From positions 3,943,369-4,007,368 of the forward strand of contig JAHRHZ010000271.1 of the NCBI GenBank assembly GCA_024137785.1: a stretch of DNA of 64,000 nt. The letters run 5' to 3'. Below are positions 53,384 through 64,000 of this stretch, one piece after another (the stretch's first letter is position 1; each line of letters starts with the position of its first letter). The notes under the pieces were generated by a model that did no database searches, was not told the origin of the DNA, and saw only the letters and a list, made by a program, of their open reading frames with translations. Origin of the DNA: Ginglymostoma cirratum. Lineage: Eukaryota. Position numbers and translations under genes: made by a program.

Positions 53384-53900
53384 GAGGCACGGTGGCTCAG
53401 TGGTTAGCACTGCTGCCTCACAGCGCCAGGGACCTGGATTCCATCCCAGCCTCGGGTGACTGTGTGTGTGGGTTTTGCACATTCTCCCCCTGTCTGTGTG
53501 GGTTTCCTCCCACAGTCCGAAGATGTGCACTCAATAAGAACCGAAAGAACTGAGGATGCTGTAAATCAGGAGCAAAAACAGAAATTGCTGGCAAAGCTCA
53601 GAACTTCTGAGGAAGAGTCACCTGACCCGAAATTCTGATTTCTCTTCACAGATGCCTACAGAATTGCTGAGCTTTTCCAGCAATTTCAGTTTTTGTTGCC
53701 AAAGATGTGTACATTACGTGGATTGGCCTTGCTGAATTGCCCTGTAGAGTCCAAGGATGCACAAGCTGGGTGGGTTAGCCATGATAAATGAGAGGTTAAG
53801 GTGTAGGGTGAGTGGTGTTGGGTCTGGGTGGGTAGTCTTCAGAGGGTTGCTGCAGACGTGATGGGCTGAATGGCCTCTTATTGCACTATTGGGATTGTAT
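53384..53900 (+). mobile_element. HE1-type SINE interrupted by a Penelope-like inverted fragment (about 53531-53698)
   Basis: The SINE resumes after the insert with a duplicated ccgaagatgtgcac/ccaaagatgtgtac. Confidence 0.85.
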
Positions 53901-54202
53901 CAGAGCTGGGTGGTAGAATCTCTGGCTTTAGAGCATTCTAATTAAAGTGGAAGTGTCATACAACAGCAAATAATGGATGGGTTGAGCATTTTGCCCTTTT
54001 CTTTTATCTGAGCTAGGGAATTTTAATTTGTCAAATTTTAACATTAATTGAATAAGAATCTTTAAAAGCTCAGGTAATTCATTAATAAGTTTTTCATAGT
54101 ACATTAGTGGTAAGATTCATTAATAGGATTAAAGCTTATCAGCGGTATTGGGTTGATCAAATATAAATTAACTGGGAAAAGTTATTAATTAACTCATTGA
54201 AG

Positions 54203-57200
54203 ATGGCAGGGCAGATGATGTGTTGCAGCTGCTGCATGTGGGAGGTAGTGGACACCAGTGCAATCGGCAGCAAACATGTCTGCTGTAAATGTCTGCAGCT
54301 CAAGGAACATCAGCTCAGAGTCATTGGCCTGCAGACCCAGCTATAGACACCATGATGCATCAGGGAGGGAGAATGGTGCCTAGATGCTTTGTTCCGGAAG
54401 GCGGTCACACCCCTCAGAATGTGGTCAGTGGTCAAGGACAGGAAGCTGTGACTATGAATGAGGCAGATAATGAGACCAAGAGTTGAAAGTGATGAAGCCT
54501 CAAACCTTCCAATTCTTCAATAGGTTCAAAGTTCTTGAGCTTGTTTGGAGATTGCAAGGTAGATGAACGAGCTGACTACTACACTGCAGTGTGGAAGCCA
54601 TTCAATTGAGGAGGCTAATTAGGAATGTAGAGTAGTCAGGAACAATATAGTCAGGGGGATAGACACAATGCTCTATAGCCAAGACCCAGAACCCAGCAGG
54701 GCTGTGTAGCCTGCATGATGCCAGGGTTTAGGACATCTGTTCTAACTTGCAACAGGTGGAGAGGATTCAGTTGTGGTTTACTATATAGGTACCAGTGACA
54801 TAGTTAAGACGAGGAAAATTGTCCTCTTAAAGAATTATGAGCAGCTAAAAACTAACTTATAAAACAGAACCATAAAAGTAGTAATCTTTGACTATTACTT
54901 GAGCTATAAGCAAATTTGTGTAAATAAGATTAGAGAGACCAATGCATGCGTCAAAGACTGTTGTAGGAGAAATGGGTTTCAATTAATGGGGCACTAGTAG
55001 AAATATTGGGGAAATTAGGAATGGAGCCATTGGGCCCATCTTCACCAGAACAATACTGTGACTAATGTTCTGGTAAAGCATATAACTAGGTAGTAAAGGA
55101 GGGTTTTAAATTAATCAGACGACGCAAAGGGATGATGTGAGAGGAGAGATATTAAAACTTCACAAGGTAGTCAAGCAGGGTAGCAATCTGGGTAATGATA
55201 ACTAGAATGGAGCAGAAAGATTCAGAACATCTCTAAATGTAACAGTGCATTAGCACATAAGGCCAGAGATAACGAAAATGGCAAAAATACTGTTAAATGT
55301 TCTATATCTAAATGTGCACGGCATCCCTAACAAAATGAAAAAATTGTGAGCACAAATAGAAATAACTACATATGATGTTATAGCCGTTAAGGGGACATGG
55401 TTATGAGGTGTGCAAAATTGGAACCTGAACACTGAAGGGCATATGATATTTCAGAATTACAGAATGCTAGGAAAAGATGGTAAATTAGGTTTGTTAATTA
55501 AGAATGACACTAGTGCTGTAGTGAGAAATGACCTTAACTCAATAGGGCAACATGTAGTATCGTTTTGGGTAGAAATAAGAAATAGAAAAATTATGTAGTC
55601 ACTTACAGATTAGTTTGTAGGCCATAAAACAATAATTATAACGCAGGAAGAAATTGATAGGATATGTAACAAAGGTACTATAATAATCATGGGTGAATCA
55701 GATGAGCAATCGTAACCTCAAAGATTTGTTCACAGAGTACATTCAGAACAGTTGCTTAGAGGAGCATGTTCTTTTATCAACCAAAGAGCAGGCTATTCTA
55801 TATCCCATAATGTGTGATGAGACAGGATTAATCAACAGCGTCATTGTAAAGGAACCTCTAGGTGACAGCAATCACAATGTGGCAGAATTTCACATTCAGT
55901 TTCAAGGTGAGAAGTGTGGATGTAAGGATATGTCTTAAACCCGAATAAAAGGTATTTGTAAAGGTATGAAGACTGAGATGGTTAAAGTGAACTGGGAAAA
56001 GAGTCAAAAGGTCATAAGAGATGCAGTGGCAGATATTTAAGGAGCTATTTAATAACCTATTTAGTAATAACAGTAATAATTAATTTTATTAAATTTGTTA
56101 AGTAATTATTAAATAAAGAGTTAACCTAGAGAGAAAGAAGGACTGTTTGAAAAGGAAGCATCATGAAAAGGAGGGAATATGGATGAGAAGGATGGTATCA
56201 AAGTAAAAGTAACATTTTAACTCTGCAAAGACTGTTGACAGGGTTAGAAAATTGGATGGATTTTAAAAACTGCAATGACTGGCTAAAACAGTAAGGGAGG
56301 TGAAATTAGGGTATGAAACAAAGCTAGATGGAAATATAAAAACAGTAAAGCTTGTACAAGTATTTAAAAAGGAAAAGAGTAACTAAGTGGAGAATAAGCC
56401 TGGAAGAATTAAAAATGGAAAAAAGAAGGAAATGTCAACATGTAACTTCTGAGTGTCTCCATTGTAGACGATTTTGAAACATTCTGAAGATACCTAAAAC
56501 TCAGGAGGCAAAAATGAGGGAGATGGTCAAAACAACGACCATCACCAGTGAAATGATACTGGGAAGGTATTATTCATAATACACCTGATAGATTACATCT
56601 TAGAGAGTGGCTAGATAAATAGCTGCGATTATAATCCACCAAAATTGCTAGAATTTTGGAATGGCCCTAGCAAATCGGAAAGTTACAAAAGTAACATTTA
56701 CTCAAGAAAGACGGAGACAGAAAATAAGAACTACATGCCAGGAGGCCTAACATCTGACTTAAGAAAATTGCAAGCATTATTAGTAAGGAGTGTATAACAG
56801 GATTTTTAGAAAATGATGGGATCTGGAAGAGTTAACATGGCTTTGTGAATGTGGAATCGTGTTTGAATAATTTATGAGAGTTCTTTGAGGATGTAACAAA
56901 CAAGGAAGATTAAGAGGACCTGTAGATATGATGTATTTGGATTTTAAAATGTCTTTTGTTAGGGAGACATCATCACAGGCTAAGACATAGATTAAGGGCT
57001 CATGGTGTGCGGGTAATATATTAATGTGGATAAGGCAAAACAAAGAACTGTGGAAGCTGTAAATCTGAAACAGAGACAGAAAGTACTGGAGAAACTCAAC
57101 AGGTCTGGCAGCATCTGTGGAGAGAAAACTGAGTTAATGTTTTGCGTCTAGTGAGGCCCAGATAAAGGACTGGTTAACCAGTGGGAAACAGAGAGTAGGG

Positions 57201-58215
57201 ATAAATTAGTCATTTGCATTAGCAAGTTGTAACCAGTGGAGTGCCAAAGTGATCAGTGCAGGGACAACTATTTACAATCTATTTCAATGACTTGGATGAG
57301 ATGACCAAATGAATGGTAGTTAAGCTTGCTGGTGACATTGAGATAGGTAAGAAAGTAAGTTGTCAAGAGGAGATAGAGAGACTGCAAAGAGTCATAGATT
57401 GAGTGGGAAAAAAGTTGGCAGATGGTGTATAAAGTGGGAAATGCAGACTTGTCCACATTATCAGGAGCATTAGAAAGCTATTTAAATGGACAAAGATTGC
57501 AAAACTCGGTGGGACAGAGGGACCTTGATGTCCTGGTACAGGAAATGTAAAACATTAGTTTGTAGGTACAGTAAGTGACTAGGAAGGCAAATGGAATGTT
57601 GGAATTTAATATAAGGGAATGGAATATCAAAGAAAGGCTGTTTTTCTGCAGCTGTATAGGGTCTTGGTGTGACAACACCTGGTGTTCTATGTAGATCCTT
57701 GACCTTTTTTTAAAAAGGATATAGCTACTTCAGAAGCTGCTCAGAGGGGATTCACTTGACTTATTCCTAGGATGAAGGACTTCTTTTGTGAAAAAAGATT
57801 GAACAAGTTGGGCTTTCGCCTGCTGGAATTTAGAAGAACGCAAAATGTTCTTAGTGGAGCATAAAGTTCTGAGGAGACTTGTAAGGGTAGATAAGGACAG
57901 GATGTTTCCTTGTGTAGAGTAGACTAAAATAGGTGACAAATTTACAAGCTAGAGATTTCCCTTTTAATGCGAAGATGAGAAGAATTTTTTCTTTCAGTCT
58001 GCCGAATTCTATTCCCCAGAAAACAGTGAGAGATGAGTCATTGAATTTATTCAAGGTTGAATTAAATAGTGATTTTGATAGACAAAAGAGTCAAATGTTA
58101 CTGGCACGAACAGGGAAATGGGGTTAATATCTCAAATAGTTAGGCCAGTTTCTTACTGATCAGATCAGCACACTTTAAGGACTGAATACCCTACTTTTGT
58201 TCCTAAGGCCTATGT
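54203..58215 (+). mobile_element. Near full-length, heavily decayed CR1 LINE (ORF1 Zn finger and esterase; ORF2 endonuclease and RT)
   Basis: ATG at 54203: MAGQMMCCSCCMWEVV..HVCCKCLQL. SGNH-like IVRGIDT..VVVYYIGTSDI, endonuclease LYLNVHGI..EPLGDSNHN and RT VDMMYLDFK. Penelope-like insert at about 57035-57160. Confidence 0.85.
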
Positions 58216-58229
58216 TCCAACATTCCTGT

Positions 58230-60290
58230 ACTTATAGTAATCCAAAACTCTCTGCTGCCCATCTCTTAAACTACACCAAATCCCATTCACACGGTGTTCC
58301 TGCATTCAATAATCTACATTGGCTCTCAGAAGCAACAGCTCAATTTTAAAGTCCTCATCGTTATGTTCAAGTACTTCATTTCTCCTGCTTTGTAATCTTC
58401 TCCGAGCCTGTAATCCTCCAAGGCCTTTGAGTGTTTTTATTCTTTCATGGGATGTGAGCATTGCTGGCTGGGCCTGCATTTACTGACCATCCCTAATTGC
58501 CCTTGAAAAAGAGTTGTTGAGTTGCCTTCTTGAGCCACTGCTGCCCACGGGGTGTAACTAGACACTCAATGCTATTAGGAAACAGGCTTTGAATCAGTGA
58601 CAGTGAGGAACTATGACATAGTTCCAACTTAAGATAGTGTATGACTTAGAAGTTAACACACAGGTGATAGTTCTCCTATGCATCAGTTGCTCTTGACATT
58701 CTACGTGTTTTTAGTGCATGTTTGGGTGGTACTTTCCAGAGTTGCTTGGATGCTGCAGTGCATCTTGTAGATGGTACCCACTGCTGCCACTGAACGTCAA
58801 TGATAGAGAGAGTGAATGTTGAAAGTAGTGGATCAGGTGCTAATCAAGTGGCCTGCTCTGCCCGGAGTGGCTCTGAGCTTCTTGAATGCTGCATTCATCC
58901 AGGCAAATAGAGTATTCCATCACAATCTCAACTTGTGCCTTTTAAATGATGGGCAGGCTTTGGGGAACCTGCAGGTGAGTTACTCACCACAGAATTCCCA
59001 GCCTCTGATTTTTTTTTTTTTGTAGCCACAGTATTTATGTATGGCTTGGCCAGATCACTTACTGGTGAGTGGTAGCCCCAGGATGCTCATAGTGGTAGAT
59101 TTAGCAATGATAGCGCCATTGAATGTCAAAGGGGAGAAAGTTGCATCCTGTCTTACAGGAGATAGCCATTACGTGACACTTGTGCTTTAGAAAATGAGGA
59201 GTGGTGAATAGAGTTGAGTATTTTGCAGATATCAGTGAACGTCTCCATTTCTGACCACATTGATGGAGAGAAGGTCACTGAGAAAGCAACTTCTTCAATT
59301 CTGGCCTCTGGAGTTTCCACTATTATAATCACTTAATCTTCAGTGGCTGCACCTTCAACTGCTGAGGTCCTAAGCTCTGGTGTTTCCTCCCTAAGTCTTT
59401 GCTTCTTTTACTTCTCCTCAGACTCTCCTTGAAACCTATTGCTTTGACCATAGTCATAGAGTCATACAGACACTTCTGTCTAACTCATGCACACTGACCA
59501 GACATCACAATCTGACCTAGTCTCATTTGCCAGCATTTGGCCCATATCCCTTTAAATCCTTCCTTTCCATATACCCATCGAGATGTCTTTTAAATGTTGC
59601 AATTATACCAGCCTCCACGACTTCCTCTGGCAGCTTATTCCATATACACCACCCTCTGCATGAAAATGTTGCCCCTTACATCCCTTTTAAATCTTTCCCT
59701 CTCATCTTAAACCTATGCCCTCTAATTTTAGACTCCCCTACCCTAGGAAAAAAACCTTAGCTATTCATCTTATCAATGCCCCTCATGATTTTTTAAACCT
59801 CTATAAGATCACCCCCCAGCCTCCAACACTCCAGGAAAATAGCCCCAGTGTATTCAGCCTCTCCTTTTGCTCAAATCTTCCAACCCTGGCAATATCTTTC
59901 TGCACCCTCTCAAGTTTAACCACATCCTTCCTATAGAACAGCGATTAGAATTGTGCGCAGTATTCCAAAAGTGGCTTCGCCAATGTCCTATCCAGCCACA
60001 ACATGATCTCCCAGCTCCTATATCAGTGCTCTGACCAATGAAGGCAAGTGTGCTAAACACCTTCTTCACTGCCCTGTCTAGCTGCAACTATACTTTCAAG
60101 GAACTGTGTACTTGCAACACTAGGTCTCTGTTTGGCAACACTCCCCAACACTACCATTAACTGCGTGAGTCCTACCATATCTTTTATCATCTGACCTAAT
60201 GTCTTCTTGTGTGTTTCAGTGTCCAATTTGGTTTGATAACCAGGTTGTGAAACACTTGGAGATGTTTTATCACATTGAAGACACATATCG
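58230..60290. mobile_element. Old L2-like 3' end (+; about 58230-58435, 59290-59450, 60170-60290) split by a second-family LINE (58440-59290, -) and a CR1 (59451-60170, -)
   Basis: L2-like LHWL..FKVLIV.FK and a gtgaaacacttggagatgtttt tail flank the two inserts. Confidence 0.7.
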
Positions 60291-60589
60291 ATATATAGTC
60301 CTGCTGTAGGGTGAATGTCTCAGCACAAGATTCATATAACACTCGATAAGTGATGAACAAATTGCACCCTGAACTGGTTGGATGGCTGTGTGTAATTAAA
60401 GTTCCACATGTCATGGAGAGAATGATTCTCTTTTTAAGTGTACTTCACGAATCTAAATCTCTGCTACGAAATGAGTACATGATTGGTTTTGAAATGGGAA
60501 TAAAGAATATTAACAATGGAAAGTAATATAGGGGTCCTGCCATTTCTTTGAAGGATCGTATTTTGCTTATGCTACAGGAGTGGCTGATT

Positions 60590-60668
60590 TGAGTCAGAAT
60601 GTACTGAATGTTCTGTTCAGGCACTTCAGTCCAAACTCCCTGCCAATCTCCTAAGTACAGCATGTTCT
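60590..60668. promoter_or_regulatory. Candidate steroid-hormone response enhancer (two GRE/ARE-type sites plus AP-1)
   Basis: AGTACAgcaTGTTCT at 60654-60668 fits the RGnACAnnnTGTnCY consensus. TGTACTgaaTGTTCT is at 60600-60614 and TGAGTCA at 60590-60596. All lie in an island without recognisable repeats in the intron after the PNEGATVE exon. Confidence 0.65.
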
Positions 60669-61389
60669 TGCCAGGACAAGTACCTCAAGGCAAAGACTTA
60701 AACAAACTCTCAAAGATGGGGAAGAGAGAACACTTAATAATAGAAGCTGTGTTCTAAGTTCTTCCTTCTCAATGTTAGCTACTTCTAATCTTTCCTTGAG
60801 CGGGATGCAAGGGGAGATACCGCCAGCTCGCTATCTATATCCCTTGTTCCAGTCCCTTTTGAACTATTGTAGCCTTTGCCTTGGAAAGTGTCTGGTATGA
60901 CTGAAGCATTGTCCAGATCAGCAAGTACACCGTAGTTCTGCAGGGTCATTGCCAAACTCGTTACAATTAATGACCTTTCCTATAACAATACTGTTAAAAT
61001 GCTCGAATCAGTTCACTCTGTACATATGAATTAGTGAAAATAATGACTGTTCATATTTATTTTTAAAATGATAATTGTACTATTCCAGAAATAAAGCCTG
61101 CTTTGGTGTTTTGCTGCTGAACACAGTGGGACTGTGATCTTTTCTTACGCCTCTCATGCTTTCAATGCTACTCCAATCTTTATGGCTCTCCCCATATCTT
61201 TAACACTTCCTTCATGGTGTCACTCATACCACAGGGTTGGTTTCCCAACAGCACCATCCCTTTTGGTGACTGTGGTAGCTTTGATGGGCATTTGTGACTT
61301 TAGAACATAAATGATTCTCATTGATTCACTGCTGGATGGAGTGGAACGCGGGGGGCACGGTGCCAAGAGCAGGTAGAATCTTTAATGAC

Positions 61390-61790
61390 AGAAAATTGCA
61401 TTTACATAGCACCTTTCAGAACCTCAGGCCATCTTACCAACTTTATAGTTGACGATGTACAGCGGTTAAATAAATGGCCAGGTTAATCTTTTATTTGAGT
61501 CTGAGTTGAAGGATACGTGTTGATCAGACACCAGGGAGAATTCCCCTACACTTTTCAAAATAATGTCATGGGATCTTTTACAGCAACCTACAAAGGCAGA
61601 CATGAACTTTGTTCAACATCTTGTCTCAAAGATAGCACCTCCAATAATGCAGACAAATGCTCCAACAATGCAGCACGCCCTTAGGTTTCCACTATAATGT
61701 CAGCTTAGAGATTTGCACTCAAGGTGCTGAAATTGGACTTTATCCCTTGACCTCCCGGCTGAGAGTTAAGCATTACCTACTGAGCTATGA
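61390..61790 (-). mobile_element. Deu-domain SINE (SacSINE1-like)
   Basis: gacaccagggagaattcccct..atgggatctttta..aaagatagcacctcc is the reverse complement of the Deu core; L2-like tail. Confidence 0.7.
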
Positions 61791-61959
61791 TTGAAAGTTG
61801 TTGTAATCAAGTGGAGTTTAAACTCAATATGTCACAGTTAACAGCCATAACATAAAGTAACCCACACAGAGGGATGATGGATTTTGCTCAGAGCATTCAG
61901 CCTTTAAAGAACAAATAATAACTTTTGTCCTTCGAGTTTTGAGCAGTCAGAGGGTCTTT

Positions 61960-63990
61960 TTTAGCTGTTTGTTCAGGGAGGTGAGCTAGTCTGGAGGTGG
62001 TGATGAACTGCCTTCTTGAACCACTGCATTCCATAAGGTGTAGGAGCACCCAGACAGATGGAGTTTCAGGATTTTGTCAAACAACATTGAAGGAACTGTG
62101 GTATATCTCCCCAGCCAGGATTCTGTGTAGCTTGGAGGGGAACTTGCAGTCTATTGGTTTTCCCATGTATCTGCTGCTCTTGTCCTTCTAGATGGTAGAG
62201 GTAGTGGATTTGCTATTGTTGAAGGAGCCTTAGTGAGTTGCTGATGTGCATCTCGTAGATGGTACACGCTGCTGCCACTGTGTGTCAGTAATAGAAGGAA
62301 TCAATGTTTCTGGTGGTTCTTAGGCTGCCAATTCAATGGGGTCCTTTGTTCTATATGATAACTTACTTCTTGCCTATTATTGAACTGCACCCATCCAAAC
62401 AAATAGGAAGATTTCCATTGAATTCCTTACTTTCACCTTGTGGATAATAGACAGGCTTTTGAGACTCACGTGCTGAGCTTGTCACCGCAGAATTTCTCAC
62501 TTCTGACCTGTTCTTGTTACCATTGGACTTATATGGCAGGTCCAGTTCAGTTTCTGGTCAATATTTGTCATTAGGATGTTGATATTGGAGGATTCAGTGA
62601 TGGTAATGACACTGGATTTCAGGGGGAAATGGTTAGATTCTCTCTTATTGAAGATGATGATTACCTGGCACTTGTGCAGCCCAAATGTTGCTTTCCAATA
62701 TCAGCATAAACCCACTTAGTGTCCAGATCTTCCTTTACATGCATGTGGACTGCTTCAATGTCTGAGGAGCCATGAATGGTGCCAAACATTGTTTTATCAT
62801 CAGTGACAGTCCCTGCTTCTGAACTTATTTAGGATTGATGGTCATTAACGAAGCAACTGAAGGTGTTTGGGCTTAGGACACTACTCTCATATTCTCCTGC
62901 AGTGATATCCAAGGAGTGAAATGATTGACCTGCAACAAATAAAGTGATCTTTTTATATGCCAGGCAAGATCCCAGCAAGTGGAGATTTTGCCCCGATACC
63001 CATTGTTTCCAGGTTTGCTCGGGCTCCTTGAAGCCATTCTTGATCAAATGTGGCATTGATGTTAAGGGCTGTCACTTTCATCTTCATCTCTAGAATTCAG
63101 CTCTTTAGTCCATGTTTGAACCATGCTGTAATGAGATCAGGAGCTAAATGGCCCCCGGTGGGATCTGAACTGGGTATCACAGATCTGGCTATTTCTGAGT
63201 AAGTGATATTTTGATGGCGTTGTTGACCACACCTTCCATTACTTTGCTGATGATTACAGGTAGAATAATGGGTTAATAATTAGCTAGGTTAGATTTGTCC
63301 TGTTTATGGAAAGCACTACCTGGATGATTTTCCACATTGCCAGGTAGATGCCAATGTTGTAGGTGTATTGGAACAGCTGGATTAGATAGTATCGCTATTT
63401 CAGGAGCACAAGTCCTCAGCGTTATTACCAGAATGTTATCAGGGTGCTCAGCCTTTGCAGTATCCAATATCTCCAGCTGCTTCATGGTGTCATTTGGAGT
63501 GAATCATATTGGGTGAAGACTAGAATCTGTGACGCATCTTTTGCACTGATGTGCTGGGCTTGTCCTTCATTGAGGATGGGGATATCTATGGAGCCTCCCC
63601 ATCCAGTGAGTTCTTTAATTGTCCACCACCATTCACAACTGGATGTGACAGGACTGCGGAGCTTAGATGTAATCCGTTGATTATAGGATCACTTAGCTCT
63701 GTCTATCACTTGCTGCTAATGCCGCTTGTCATGTAAGTAGTTTTGTTTTGTAGCTTCACCAGGTTGAAACCTAATTTTTAGGTATCCGTGGTGTGACTGC
63801 TGGCATGCCACTCCTGCACTCTACACTGAACCAGGGTTGACAGTCATGGCAGAGTTGGGGAAAGGAGTGTTCACCAGGCCATGAAATTACAGACTGCATT
63901 TAAAACAATTCTGCTGCTGCTGCTGCCGAAGGCCCACAGCCCCTCATGGATAACCAGTTTTGACTTGCTTGATATGTTCAAAATCTACCT
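61960..63990 (-). mobile_element. Second-family non-LTR retrotransposon, RT region, decayed
   Basis: LDTAKA..PDNI..LRTCAPE..KQDKSNLANY and SVLSPNTFSCFVND. Confidence 0.85.
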
Positions 63991-64000
63991 ACATATCATG

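Noticed and set aside
52400-64000. Next FKBP exon (FK2 body)
   Set aside because: Not found by eye; it probably lies beyond the window end.

Overview
Eukaryotic, repeat-dense genomic DNA from a cartilaginous fish. The HE1-type SINEs, CR1/HER1-type LINEs, Deu-domain SINEs and Penelope remnants point to a shark, probably orectolobiform. The only host gene I can support is a + strand large FK506-binding immunophilin, most likely FKBP5 (FKBP4 not excluded). Three GT-AG exons (28412-28556, 37641-37783, 52279-52399) splice in frame and encode the FK1 PPIase domain and the start of FK2. The canonical first coding exon and the later exons were not found in the window. Almost all ORFs in the supplied track are transposon remnants or noise. 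Main observations: (1) a non-repeat island in the intron equivalent to mammalian FKBP5 intron 5, with a consensus glucocorticoid/androgen response element, a second near-consensus site and an AP-1 site; (2) the protein is FKBP5-like overall but carries the FKBP52-type P119 loop and TEEED-like linker; (3) a ~860 bp fold-back palindrome built from a Gypsy integrase remnant plus a SINE head; (4) Penelope-type minimal hammerhead ribozyme motifs, one structurally intact; (5) a candidate alternative micro first exon (MPQWEK). Repeat boundaries were read by eye and are approximate. Comparisons to human proteins are from memory.
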